From Octopus bimaculoides (lineage: Eukaryota), in the NCBI RefSeq assembly GCF_001194135.2, contig NC_068981.1:152535398-152599397 (forward strand): DNA of 64,000 bases, written 5' to 3'. Numbering within the stretch: the stretch's first letter is position 1; each line of letters starts with the position of its first letter. Below are positions 25,421 to 40,000 of the stretch, one piece after another. The notes beneath the pieces were generated by a model. It was not told the origin of the DNA, made no database searches, and saw only the letters and a list, made by a program, of their open reading frames with translations. The position numbers were made by a program, and so were the translations under genes.

Positions 25421-28400
25421 TCCCTTGTTAGACTAGCTTGTTAGACAAGCTTGTTTCCAGCCATATAGTTATTGAGTGAAAGCCAAAAATATGTTTATCT
25501 CAAACACTGAACTAAACACAGAAAATATATTGTCCTACATTCATTAACTTTGAGCTGTTTTACAGTTAATCTAATGATTCTTAACATAGACACTGGATCG
25601 CAAATTTTATGGGAGAGGACTTGGATTAAATTGAATCAATACTTCTCTCTACATTATGACTTGGAAAAGGAGAAGCAAAGTTGACCTCAGTGAGAATTGG
25701 ATTTAAAAAATACAGATTTCAAATATGGGCACAAGCCCCTCCTTTGGGTGGGGGACATTGTCAATTATATTGACTCAGTATTTACCTAGTACGTTATTGA
25801 CTCTGGAAAGATGAAAGGCAAATTTAGACTCAGAATGTAAAAAGCTATAAGTAAATACTGCATGGCATTTTGTCTGATGCTCTAATAATTTTACTGTAGG
25901 GTTTTGAACCCCAACTACAAAATCATCAGTTCATGGTTTTAAGTAAGCTATATTCGAGCTGTGTGAGTTTCATGTGAACAACCTATATATCAACCAATCT
26001 GCTTGAAGCCAAGGTGTGAACATCTCAAATGTTCTTGGAATTTGTGCCTTTTTCCCTAGTTACACAGTCAGGTACCTAAATCGCAGCAGAGTGCTGTTGG
26101 CATTCAAGCAGGACAGATCTCAGCTCTCATCCAGCAAACCAAGAAGTTGTGATGGACACTCATAGCCTTGGTTCTTCACTTTCCAGATCACAAATGGCTG
26201 AGCAAATGCATTTAAGTCAATTCCTACATATTATTCTGGTAACTAGTGAGAATTTGATAATTTATGTATGATAATCTTCTCTTAATAAAATCTGTTGTTA
26301 AACATTCACAAGTTTGCTTTTGTTGTAATATATACAGTCAGCTTGATCTTACAATAAAGATACAACATCAATCTTTCTCATGACAGTTTGACCCCACAGA
26401 AAAGGTGATTCAGCAAAGAAATGCCTACAATAACTACTAACCTCATGACAGTACCATTCATAATTGTTTACATTGACCTCACTTCTTGATTGGTAATCAT
26501 TTTATTGATCCAGGAAGAAAGAAAAATAAAATCAACTCCATAGGGATTTGAACTCAGAATGTAACTAAATACCACAAGTTATTATATGTAGTGCTCCACT
26601 GAAATCTACCACCAATTTCAAATTAAACAATGAAAATGAAACCTGTTTATTGATATCATTTAACTATTTTGTTGTTACTCTGAAACTGTGTCAGCTTCAC
26701 CAATAACTTTAGTAACACCTGTTGTATATTTTTTGTTGATCTATATTAAAATCACAGTTGTAAAGAAGCTTAGATGTACTCCCTTATCTACGTTTTTGTA
26801 TGTTGTGGATTAAATAGTTTCATATTTACCAACCAGACTTTAATAATTAACTTTTAATCTGGAAAAATTGTAACTTAATTACAAATAACAGCTGCTTCAC
26901 AATTAGCACTAGTCACAATTTAACTAGTACCAGTCTTTTAGAATATGAAAGTAATGATTTCTTACAAGACTTTGAATTTGGGAACTACTTCAAAACCGTG
27001 TATGTTGTTGGTTTTTAATTTATTGATCACAGAGGGTTGAAAGGTAAAGTGGATTTTGGTAGGCTTTGGACATAGAATGTAAAGAGTTATATCTAAATAT
27101 ATTATTCTGTCCAGTACTCTGCTAATTCTGCCATCTGCTACCTCTATACATTGAAGATATAATAATGAGTATTTTTTTTATTAAAATCACACTAAGAATT
27201 TACACACATGGCCTAGTTAAGATATCGGGGGCTTGTACAAACTTCCTAATATAACCTTAACCCTATCAAGGAAAGAGGCTCACCAGCAGTTGATTCTTCT
27301 GTATCTAAATATAAAAACGTTTTCTCTGAGAACATGGACTAATCCAAGTGTAAGGAACACTTAAATCTTTTTATTTGAAGTTTACATTGAATTATGCATG
27401 GTCCTTGAAATAGTATCAATGGCTCAGATGGCTAGGCTACTTATTTTAAATGGACCAGGACAGGATACTAAGCATAACATAAAATGGACACACCTGAAAA
27501 GTAAAAGCCTAGATGGCCAGAAGTAATGTTTTTTTTTTCCTTTTACTTGATGGGCCTGGAAAATGTAATGGTGCTATGGTCTTTTGCAGGCCTTCTGAAA
27601 CTTGTGAAATTGGTGCTATTGATATTCTTTTTGAACCTTTGTAAGTTAATAACCTGCAGGAAAGATGTGAGCTGAGAGCAAATTCCCAGGGGCCAACATT
27701 CTGGAAATGAAGAACTAGAGCAAAGCACTGTTGCCAAAGACTGGTTTGGATGGTGTTGGATACTCAGACTTATTTTGCAATTGGAAAGAAGTGGGTTAAC
27801 AAATAACACATTTCACTGTAACAATAAAGGTGCATTAAAGAAAATTGTATAAAATATACTGAAATCTACTATTGCATTTATTATAATTGTATCAATATCA
27901 TTTCATCATTTAACTTTCATCTTCCATGTTGACATAGGTGGGATGGTTTGACAGAATCCAACAAACCAGAAGTCTGCATCAAATTCCAATCTCTGTTTTG
28001 GCATGATCTCTATGGCTGGATACCCTTCCTAATGCCAACCACTTTACACTGTGTGCTGGATGCTTTTTTTTTCATGGCAAAAAGTCACCAAGTAATTTGC
28101 AAAACAAAGAAGAAAAAAAAACCTTTAGCTGTGTGTAGCAGAGAGGGAGGTTGTTTTATGCCAGGTTTTGAGAGGCAAAAGTATGATATAGAAGCCGGCA
28201 CAAGCGTCTTGCTATAGGGAAGATATATGGTTACCCTGTATTATATCAGGGTGGGTAGCTGAGTAAAAGACAATGATGGTGGTGACTCAAGATAAAAGAA
28301 GGTGAGTATAAGAGAGAATACAAAAGATCAAGAAGCGGGTGGGTGGATAGGTTTATAAGAGTGTGAAAGTAGAGTGACAAATGGTTAGAGATGGATGTAG

Positions 28401-31400
28401 AAATGAATGTTGTGGGTGGAACAACAGTGAGGGTGTAGCTGATGGAAAGTATCAGTATGGTGAAGAGGTGAAAGAAATAACTCAGAAAGTGGGAGGTAGT
28501 AAGTACCAGATAGGAAAGGTAGAGAGCAGCAATATAATAAACTTGATAATAGATCAGAAAATATGATGTACGCAGACAGAGATAAAAGTCAGAGGTATGT
28601 AGGGATGACTATAGTGGAAGCCAAAGGTGGAGAGAGGCTGTTGACAGTATTACAAATATTATCCTTTTAATGATTTATGAATTTAAAAACATGAATGAAT
28701 ATATTTTGTAACAAGCAAACAGTCAACATGAACAACTTTCTTTTTCAGTGTATATAAATTTATAAATATGCACTTTGTAATAAACAAAAGTATATCTTCA
28801 TACAATATCTACACAACTTACAAAAGGCCACATGTAAAGGCTACAAAGATTGCAGTTTCTACACCCAAGATTAGTTACACAAGTGTTGCATGTGGGAAAA
28901 GAAGGCAGTCAATACAACATGCATAAACTAAATTGGCTCATTTAAAAATCAATTTTTTTTCCCCAAAATTTCAGTGCAACCTGCATTTTTTTCTGTTTTA
29001 TTCTATACACAGATATAGTACTTTTGTTTTAGGTTATTTAAACATAATTGTTTACAAGCCAACACCAAACCCATTATGAGAAATGAATCATCAAAAAGTT
29101 CCTTTGTAGCACTTTTCACTTTCTAACCCTATTTATTTTTAAGCATTCAGTAAATGAAAAGGTTGAACAGATGTTACACATTTAATGAAAGCAATTTCCT
29201 GGTAGCAGAGTAAAAACACCTAAATATCTATGGCACAATGCATCAGAAATAGCTTTTTTTACTGTTCTGGTTTCAATCATTGGATTTTGGCCATCCTGGG
29301 TTGCTTTTAGTTGATTATATCAACCCAGGTACTTAACCTGGTACTTATTTTATTGATTGTATTTATCAGATTGCTAAGTTTACCTTTAGTATAAAGTGCC
29401 ATGACTCAATATCTATATACAAGGTATTTTTGTTCAACTCTCCAATTCATGGGTTTCCACATTCTCAGTTCACCAAATTTCATGTTTTTTATTAGGGTGA
29501 TTTCAGAAATGTTTGGCTGCTATTTCTAGTTGATCAGTGTATCATGTAAACCTTCACATAAATGGCTTGATGTGTACTGTGTGCAGGCTTCAGTTTGTTA
29601 AATTGATGACAGGGTGGGAGTGTGTAGAGTTATGTTCTGGGTAATAATGCTTGGATAAGGATGATGATAAAATTACATATAGACAAGCCAAATTGATATG
29701 AATACAGTCTAAATACCTTCACACTTTCAATTCAAAACCTGCTGTGATTGACATTTGACTTTATTTTATTGTATTAGTTGTGTACTTGAGATGATCTTAT
29801 TAATACTCATTCCCACACTTGTGCTTATGTAAGAAATTGGTGTTACATTTAATGAGAAGATTGAGAATATAATTGACCTAAGAATAATTTTTGTTTATTT
29901 GCAAGCAGCTTTTAATCTCTTGATTAAACAAAAGGAACATTTATTTAAGATAATTATCATTGGTGATTTTAAGTGTCATGTGTGGAGGTACCTGAATGGA
30001 TCTTTTTGGGGGGTGTTTGAATGCCATAACCAGAGAAAGAATTAAGACATTCAAAGATTTTGATAATTTTCTGAGTATGCTTAACTGTATGTTTTACATT
30101 AGATCAATCAATTTGTAATTTCTGTCAGAATGGAGCAACAAAGCATATCCTAATTGGATATAGATTTTAACCAGACTCATTATGGCAGCATTTGAACTTA
30201 CTTGAAGCTTGATGAAGTGATGAGATTTCTTGTGAGAGATTTCATATTACTGCTGTTCCATAGATTCCCAAAACTATCATTTGTTAAAGAAGTAGGCTGC
30301 TTCAAACACATGTTGAATGCAGCGAGAATGAATATGAAGATAAGAGAGAAAGAAGCAACAGGAATCAAGTCTGCCCCAACCTATTCTATTGTGGGTAGAG
30401 ATGAAGAACCATTGAAGAATCTGCTAGATAAATCTAACCTCTCACTAAGAATAATGTGACCTGAATATACAGAGACAGTTCTTGTTCTGTAACAGCTACA
30501 CTAACAAACAAGGCTTGTGACATAAGTTACTGCTTCATAATAGCAGGTAGCAATAATAGCAGCAGTTGTTTAACCAGCAACCATTCATTTTGGTTGTAAC
30601 CAATGTTCTTTGCTCCTTCAACCACAGGCCGATGAAGGAGTATCTTAGTGGTTGCTAAACCTGCAAGAAATAACAAGCAAATCTTTCTAAAATCACTCCT
30701 AAAGGGAGGGAACATTAGAAAATGTAGTTTTAAATATACAAAAAGAAGGAATGATCATGGTTGGATTGCCTTCCATCTTAGGTTCACTCAGCCCTGACTA
30801 ACCTGGGGCTGGACTTTTGTAACTGTCAACGTAGCAGTATGTAACATCCTATTTGATGTAAAGGTCTAACTAGTTAATATTCCTTAATCCTTTCATTACC
30901 ATATTTCTCTCAAAGTACAGTGCTTTTGTTTCAGTTAATTCTGAAAATAAATTTGTTATTATAAGCTGGTTTTTAGATCACTTTAAAACAGAAAGTTTAT
31001 ATCATAGAACCAGGAGTAGCCTCAGGCAAGTTGGTATCAAAAAAGTTAATTTCTTCTACAACAACCTTTCTTACTTAGGCTATTTGTTTTCTGCATAACT
31101 GCATCCACTTCAAATATGCATATTCTCATTTTGTAATCTATCATACTGGTTGTTTGGATGGTATACTGCCTACTACTCTGAAAAGTTTCTTCTCTAACCA
31201 CAAATCTAGTCTGTTGGTTTGGGGAATGACTACCTGATTCTTTCTGAGATTTCTTTTAGCTTGTTCAACTCAGGTAAAAATCCATGCTTGTTAAATTAAT
31301 TTAGCCATTTTAATCTTCCCACAGTGTACCTTTTATAACTGATGTACTGTTAGATTTTTATGATCCTGTCATAGCATAGGCTTGTGCATACTTCTCCTAC

Positions 31401-33985
31401 TGAGGGTTTTCTTGTTACTATTGTTGTTCTTAGTTTAAGCTCAAATCCAAAGTGTACATTCCTCCACAAAGATTAACTTAATGTTCTTGACCATGCACCT
31501 GAATCTTAAAATATCAACTTAAGAAATTATTAGTGACTGGCTTTTTAAAGTTCGTGTTCATAATGTGGACTTTTAAACTGAAAGCATACTTGAAGGTTTA
31601 GTTCAATGTTAACTCTGATTGATTAGTTATGAGCAGCATCTTGTCTTTTTAGGAGCATCATAGGACTACATTATCTAATGTGTTCATTCCTTATTTAAGA
31701 TAGTGGGGTATGCTTTGAAGAAAATTTGGGGGTTATATATTGCAGTTTGAATAATTACTCATTGGTTCAAAGTCTTACTTAGTTTTTTATTAGAATGTTG
31801 AAGAAGAGTTTGAGCAGTTACCACCCGTTCCTAGGAAATGTAGGATAAGTATTCCTTTCATAACCTTAACTCTTTAGCATTCACATTCTATCAAATGTAA
31901 TGCTTATTTATTCACATTGTCTTGAATTAATCATGCATTGTCTTGTAGCTATGAGATTTTGATGAAGTAACTGTTAATTTCTAGAATGATATTGTAGGGT
32001 TGGTGTGAGAAGCCAGACATGGCCAGTTTGAACATAAAATATGTATAGTATTTTGGCTGGATGTAGCCAGTTTAAATGCTAATGGGTTAAAAATAGCTTT
32101 GTCTTCTGATCCTTGAAATTATTGGATGGAACTTGAGGGGTGACTGATCGCTAGTATCTTTGGGTATTTTATGTTGTAGTAGAACTGCAGCATTGATGGG
32201 TGATAAGTTAGGAAGGAATTTTACGAGACATACCAAGCTTAATATTCTTAACCAAAACTCTTTCTCATCCAACTATACTGGTATTCATTTAATTCCACAC
32301 ATTAACATACCAGTACTCAATGTAGATATCACCTTGGGAAATATAGAACACTATGTCAATTATTCTTTATTATTCAATGATAGGGAAGAAATGTGCCTCT
32401 TGCTTTTGAGTGAGCTGAGTATAGATTCCATTGGTTTGGCAGGCTTTATCATCAGCAGATGATCTGCAAAATTCCACTTCCCAAAGATAGGGTTTTAATT
32501 TCCTGTTATTGTAGGAGAGTTCATATAATCACAATAAAATCCTTTTCTTTTTTTAGTAACATGTTTAAAGTATTAAGACCAGTACCTATGATCTCTTTTA
32601 GGGCCTCTAACATTGGTAGAAGGAAGGGAGGAAGTTGTCCTCAAACTACAGATAACCCAAATTTTTGTGAAAAGAATCTGAATACCAGGCTGCAGAGTTA
32701 AACTGACTGATGGATTAAGTTTGTCTACCTTCCATAAATATGGACACCCTCTCCTATGAGGTTTCTCACAAGTTCTGTCAACTAAATTTGATTCACAAAG
32801 TATTGGTTACTCAAGGCCTTGCTAGAAAATGCTTGACTATGGTGCTCTGTGATGGAATTGAACCTACAACTATGTAGTTGCTAAGCAAACTTTTTCATTG
32901 CAGACAGTGTTGATTGTAATTCATTTTAAACTCCTGTAACTTAATCTATCTCTTTTTATATTTTTAAAAATTTTGTTTAAACATTAATTTACAGTTTACT
33001 TGAGACATAGCAGTGTAGTAAAAGCTATTGTTGTGATGGCTTAATGTGTTCTTTAAAATGTCTGAGTAGGTTATCATATCTTTCATAGTTTCCTAAGTAT
33101 TGTTAGACGTTGAAGGTATTTATGTAATTCTGTGAATCAGTGTTAAAAACAAATATTTGGGTCATTGGTATAACTACTTGAATTATTTACTGTTTGGGTA
33201 TTTTGCTGCAAGCATCTCAGTCCTCTTGTTGTTTATATACACTATACACATAAATTTCTTCTTTTCAATTTCTGCTGTTATCAAAAATCTTGTAAATCAA
33301 AAATAGAATCAGTTATTTAGTACAGCAAACAATGTAACTAACATGTAAGCCATAGACTATAAATAATATTTCACTCTTTACTGACACGAATATCTGTATT
33401 GTTTAGCACCAGGCTAACTCAAACTAAGCAGATATGTGATCAAAAATGCATACCAACCATAACCATTGTTTTTTTCTTTTTTTATCTTTATGTGACACAA
33501 TGCAATTCGAGCAACCATGTAGTAGCTCTCCCATTGCTTTGTACATTTCTTATGTACGTTAAAGAGATGAATGCTGGATGGAGGAATCCCAATTACTCCA
33601 AAATACTATCCACACATTCATTTGAGATTTGTTTTCCTCATTGTTACTCTCGCCTTTCCTTCCATCTTTGAGCTAACACCTAATTGAAATGTTGAGTCAA
33701 ATTTAAAAACAACACAAAACTAGGATAATAGTTTTAATTATCATATTTTTGTTATAAACCTTTTCCAAAAATTATGTACAATGTAGTTCTGAACTGAAGA
33801 GTTTCTCATGTGAAAACCAATTCCAATGACTTAGGTAGATTGGTGAATTTCATCATTTATTGACATTAGCTACATTCCCTGGTAGAATATTTGGGCTGGA
33901 TATGACTAGTTTAAATGTTAAAAGGTTAAACAACAACAACAACCCTTTTTTATCTTTCTGTAGAGTAACACTATTGTTACTATTA

Positions 33986-36032
33986 CTGTGTTTCCCCGAA
34001 AATAAGCCCTACCATGATTTTTCAAGATGTTTTTAATATAAGCCCTACCCTGAAAATAATACCTAGTCAAAAATGCATCAGCTTCGTAGCAAGACCATGT
34101 GATATTTGCAAAATAAACCAACTACCATAGCTTGGCTAAAGTCTGTGCTAAGTGTGCATGCATGGAGTTGACTCCCTTGGCTTGACTCTTTGTCCCCCAG
34201 GCAAGATGAGTGCAAAAAGAGAGAGTTATTCCGTGGAGTACAAGAAAGGAATTGTGGAGCAGTCACACAAAAATCTAACGGCTTTCTGTAAGGAGAAGAT
34301 ACTGGATCTCTGAATGGTTCGAAAATGGTGAGCAGAGTACGGTAATCTCAGCAGACAGGTGGGTGAGGAAAGTGCTAAGAAGCGCAAGTGGGGATCAGGT
34401 CGACAACCATTATTTTCGGAGCTGGAAGATATCACCTCAGGATGGTTTGCTGACAGAAGAACAAAGGCTTTGGTTGTACGTAAGGCTGATATTCAAGAAT
34501 TTGCTCTTGCAATGGCACCACAATTGGATATACCCGCAAAGATATTTAGTGCATCACCTCATTGGTTGGATAACTTCGTTCGGCGATATGAGCTCTCTTT
34601 AAGAAGATCAACAACACTGTGATTCAACGTGCACTTGCTTTCAGATGGCGTCAACTTTTTTAAATACAATTTCTCCAATGTAACTGCTATGGATGAGACT
34701 GCAGTATTTATGGGCCAAGGATCTAAAATGACAATTGAATGGGTGCCTCGTCAGTCTATATTACTTCAACAGGTTACAAAAGTGCAAGAGTTACTTGTAT
34801 TTTAGTCATTCGTCTTGATGGAACAAAAGTCCCATTGTTCATCGGCGGACGTACAAAATGTGGACCGCACTCACTTTCGTTTTTTTTTTTTTTTTTTTTT
34901 TTATACAGAGTCCCCCATTTTCAAGTACAGAGATTCTGATTCTGCAAAAAAAAAATGGCATTTGAAAATTTTTATTTCCGCCCACCCCCACTCACCCCAA
35001 ATTCTTCATATTTGCAAAGTATGTAGAAAAATATGGAGATAATCTCTGTATTTTTCTACGTATTTCACAAAAAGAAATTCTGGAAAAAGTGAAAACTGAA
35101 GAATTTGGTGGGTGGGGGTGGAATTGAAATTTTGAAATGCTGTTTTTTTTTGTTTTTTTTCTGCAGAATCAGAATCTCTGTATTCGAAAATGGGGGATTC
35201 TGTAAAAAAAAACAAAAACAAACAAAGCGGGTGCGGTCCACATTCTTTACGTCCATCTGCTCATCATCACAAAAGGCAAAAAAGAGAAGATAGAACGAAT
35301 TTTGGGCATTTGTGTCCTTGAAATGGAAAAGGCTTGGTGCACACAAGCTGTTTTAAGAAAATGGATTGATTTAACTATGCCACTTGTTTTACGTGGGTCT
35401 CAAAGAGGTCTTTTAGTCTGAGATTCAGCCAGTACTCATTGCGCAAAAGATATGAAAACTTTCCTTTCTGAAAGAAGAATTGACTACATAATGATTCCTG
35501 CAGGAATGACTTCATATTTACAAACTTTAGATCTTGTAATAAACAAGCCCTTCAAGGATTATTTTTGGATGGTAGTGAATGAATATATCAATTTTGTCAA
35601 ACCCAACCTCCAAGAAGTCATGAACTGGGTGAAGAATTCATGGAATAAAATTACCGACCATTGCATTACCAGTGCACAATGAGCAGAGTACTTGGACAAA
35701 AACTGTTCATTTAAGGTAAGTTATATTGTCAAACATGAAGATTGGAGTCCATGATTCTACCAAAAATGGATTTGCAAAAAATTCAGTCTAAAGTTTGGGG
35801 TTTGATGAATTATGATGATGTTCCAGAAGAGGACAAAATGTTTTTACTTGACTAAAAACAATAAGCAAATAAATAAACTTTTGATAATGTAAAACATGGG
35901 TTTCCTTTTACACGAGGATTTTCTTGGATTTTTTCTGCAAAAAAAATAATACATCCCGCCAAAATAAGCCATAGTGCGTTTTTGGGATGCAAAATTAATG
36001 TAAGACCAGGTCTTATTTTCAGGGAAACACGG
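33986..36032 (+). mobile_element. pogo/Tigger DNA transposon, full-length but decayed
   Basis: TA-flanked TIRs ctgtgtttccccgaaaataag / ccgtgtttccctgaaaataag. CENP-B HTH (FSASPHWLDNFVRRYELSLRRST) and DDE_1 (NVTAMDETAV; DSASTH; IPAGMTSYLQTLDLVINKPFK), with stops. Confidence 0.9.
34844..35257. mobile_element. 414-bp foldback MITE inserted in the pogo transposase
   Basis: Long inverted arms (ggacgta.aaatgtggaccgcac...). 8-bp TSD tgttcatc / tgctcatc. Removing it restores VPLFI-ITKGKK. Confidence 0.8.
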
Positions 36033-38093
36033 TATTTTATGGTCCCTATCAGGAGTATTTATGATAAATAAGCTAGTTGACTCCTGTAACACATGGTTCA
36101 GTTTTAAATAAATAGACCATATCAGGATCTAAAGCATGTATTGTACAGTGGCTCATGAATAATCCATTAATTAGAGCCAAACATTAATTAGTTTTGTATT
36201 TATGAGTGTTTCACCTATGTTGGTATGTTTAAAGAGAAGAGCTGTTTTGCCGACATTGTAATGTAAAGTCTGTAGAAGAGAATTATTTTTCATTTTCTGA
36301 ACACCAGATTTTAATTGTTTAATTCCTGTGTTAGTTAAAGGACATACTGAAAAGTGCATATCTCTCTCTTTAAGTAATATCATATCTAATTTAATTTATT
36401 CAGCCATTGTATTACAAAGTGATTCCATAACATAAATTATAATAACTATAACTGCCCTGGAGTTATCATTAATGTGATATCTCGGTTTAATTTTTTTTTA
36501 ATTTTCATTTGGCCACCTTGAGATAATGACATACTGTTTTCATTTTCAATTCCCTTTCAGTTTTGCAAATAAATTATATTGTTAACATTAATGTTTGAAT
36601 AATTACAATATTTAAATTGAAGTCAACTTTTTAAACAGAAATAATAATTTCAAGCAAATGAAGGAATTATTATTGAATTATAGCAAGAATATTTTTTTGC
36701 CAATGCTCAATCAAGAACACCAAGCTCATATGTTTAATTTACAATGAATGAAAATAGCATCATAAAATGGAATAGCAAATCCATAAAATAAATTGACAAT
36801 TAGTGGTTTGTGATATTGAAGGACGGAAGAAACGCCATCAAAAGTGAAAACTAATAAACTATTGACAAAAAGGTTTCTGTAAAGGTAAAAACAGTGTTAT
36901 ACTCCATGATCACATTTTGTTTCATAAATACCAAAAGTATTTTATTGTGCAAGATTATTCTAGTAACCAAAGTAGTCTATGTTATATCTCCTATTACCTT
37001 CAGAGAACTGTGCTTCATGTGCAAAAATTAATTGAAGAAAATGATATATCATTTAAACAACTATCAGCAGAGGTAATAAAAGATGGTTGCATATTAAAAT
37101 TTTAAGCAATTTGTCTTGATACACATTTAATATTTTGTCTATGTATACTTTGTTTCTTTTCTTTTATTCATTTAGTATTCTATCTTGTTTATGTCTATAT
37201 CTGTCTACTGTGTCTCTGCTGTTTGTCTCTCTCAGAAAACACAAAAACATCTGATCTTTAAATCAATTCATTTTTTTATGTATGTTACAGCAATACATTT
37301 CAATAACTACTGCACAATTTGTGCCTCAACTGCACCACCTCATCAGAGGAATTAAGAGATTGCTACTCCTAAATTTTTTCGATGGGGAATGGATTTACAT
37401 ATTATGTTACTGTACTGTAAGTTGAAGTGGCAGCTAACATTTCAACCATCTTTTTTCACCTCTGATGAATAATAAATCTCAAAATATTGGTAAACTTTTT
37501 TTATTGGTTTGGTCTTTGCCTTTGTAGGCTCTCAATAAGCACCTTTTATTTCTTATCTGAAAACAGTTGAACCATAGATTATGGTTGAATAGCTAATACC
37601 ACAATGAAGCTCCAACTATTAAGATCATTTGTCCCACTTATGGCAGTGAAGCAGTCTCTTTGTAATTGCTTGACTTGTTTGACGGAGCAGTCAAATATTT
37701 CTCAACACATATTCTACTATTGCTTTATGAAAAAAAAAGGACATATTGAATAATATAGCCCTAACTACCCCTGAAAAGATAGAATGATCCTAAATGGAAT
37801 GCCATTGATCATACATCTGCTCAGTCAGGGTTCACATGGGGTAACACAATAATACTACCAAGTTGTCTTAACAAAAAATCCAAATATATATAAAAACACT
37901 GAGGGAGGAGTAAATGTAAAATAGTTGCAATGAATTTCATTTTATTTTTCAAACAATTCTTCATTTATTTATTCTTGCTTTTATTTCCAGCATGAGTACT
38001 CAAGTGAAAAATCTATAAATGAAATTTGGAAACCTTTTATGAGCTTGGTTTGAGTGAATATTGTTGCTGACAGCCATATACCATCATACCAAT

Positions 38094-38172
38094 ATGACAG
38101 AAGAGAATAATAAGAAGAAGTTTTTTGTACTCAATATTATCATTAGATTATGGTGCATCATAACAGTCGTAG
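38094..38172 (+). CDS. TMEM72: TMEM72-like membrane protein, coding exon 1 (MTEENNKKKFFVLNIIIRLWCIITVV)
   Basis: ATG at 38094 with an in-frame upstream TGA (38055). Donor G|gtaaat. Exon opens at acceptor ttatttccag|37991. Peptide resembles the TMEM72 N-terminus (..YTCRLLGITTAAV) from recalled sequence. Confidence 0.8.
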
Positions 38173-39049
38173 GTAAATGCTTTTCTTTTTCTGTTTTTAA
38201 CGTAATTAATCATTGGTCTCTTTGTTAATTCTATTATAGAGTTTAATGTAATATTAATTGGCTGGGTACTTCTCTCATCCCTATTTCAATATCCATAAAC
38301 TTTGGTCATCCAAGATCTGAACTACTGTAACCTACTAACATCACAAATGAGCTGACAAAGGAGTTTCTTAGCAGTTTCTTGTCCTGCTAAAAATAGTTGT
38401 TAAATCTACCTTAAATAGCACTACTGCCTTAAAATAGGCAGGACACATTGTATATTGTAGTTCAAAATGTCTGAAAACAACACAGAATGGTCATAGTTGG
38501 AATACTTTTGATCATAAGTTTGCTATTTCTGGGCTGGCCTAGAGTTAAAACACTGCAAACATATCTTATTCTGCCTCTAACCAACATACCAAAGAGCATT
38601 GAATTCTCTCTCACTACCAAACTCAGCCTTTACCCAGACATCACTGCCTCTGCATCTATTAGATTGTTTGGACATGGCTTAACTCTTTAGCATTCAGATT
38701 TGTCTGTCAAATGTAATACATATTCATTGACATTGATTTGAATTTATCATGCATTATCTTGTAGCTTTGAAGTTTCAATGATGTGATTGTTTAAGTTCTG
38801 AATGACATTGTTAGGTATAGGTAATAGGCCAGATTTGGCTAGTTTGAACACAAAACAGGTAGAAAATTTGGGGACAGATATGGCTGGTTTAATCAAGGCA
38901 ATACACCACTTCTACCTAGTGCACCCTTACTAAAATACTCTTGTAACCTTGCAATCATCTATCTGTGAATCAACTCAGAAGAGAGACAGCTTCTATAGCC
39001 ACTGAGATGCAAACTTATCCTAATGACCAGTACATAGCGGAGAGTACCT

Positions 39050-40000
39050 TAAATCTACTGAGGTACCATCTGCATTTGTAGATTTCTATTTACATTTTTT
39101 CACCAAAACCCTAAGTATGATGTTAAATCTGCTGGCCAATTCTTCCACCTTTATGAAAACACCTAAAGATTTTTGATCAACTTGGACCTCAGCTATCTTA
39201 GATAAAAATCACACAAAATTCTTCTCCATGCCACTCTAGGCTAGGCTTTACACTCTAACTTTAATCTGAAGTGTGATGTCTGGATGTATGTGAAATTCAT
39301 TCTTCTCTCACTTTTGCTTAGTCCCACTTTTATCTTATCAGCAATGACTTTCATTTACCTTCGAAGACAGCTATCTCATTTCATGTCATTTTACTCTGAA
39401 ATTATCATCCACTGTGACTTGAGTGTATACAGCTCTTTCTGGCTGTAACATTCCTTCTATATTGGTGCAGAGGCTGAACTGTTAGCCATTCTAAACTGTC
39501 TGCACCATTTTGTCAACAATTTATCTGTATCCCCAATACACAAAATACTCTCAATCTCTTGCTCATTTCTAATTCCAGTTTTTGCATTGATTAGATTATT
39601 TGTTAACACTTCACACATCCTGCTACCTTGCCCTCTCTCCTGAATTATTTGACACCTCAATATACCCATATGGTTGTATTACTAATTTTATCCCCAGCAG
39701 CCAATATGTTTCTCTTCTGCTGTTTCCAACACTGCCTTTTCTGTATATAAACAACCATCTTGCTGTCACTTTTGACAATGCACACTCTTATGCAGATGTT
39801 AATACTCTTCACTTAACATCCTGCATTAAGGTACACAGGTTATATCCACACACAACCTAAACCCCTCTAGCCAGATATACACTGACTCCATGCACACTAA
39901 ATCTTGAAAACATCCTTCTCTGGTGACACATCACCTCATCTAACAACTCAGAAGACTGAACTACAACACATCCCCATCTCTCTCTAATCATGAGCAAAAA
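39050..40000 (+). mobile_element. CR1/L2-type LINE endonuclease remnant
   Basis: Degenerate EIIIHCDLSVY..WL...AILNCLHHFVN, resembling the APE pattern IIILGDFNVHH..WL...AILN.L.QLV. Confidence 0.45.

Noticed and set aside
30202-30459. 85-aa ORF
   Set aside because: Lies in a degenerate LINE-like tract (IIIGDFKCHV upstream) with no splice support.
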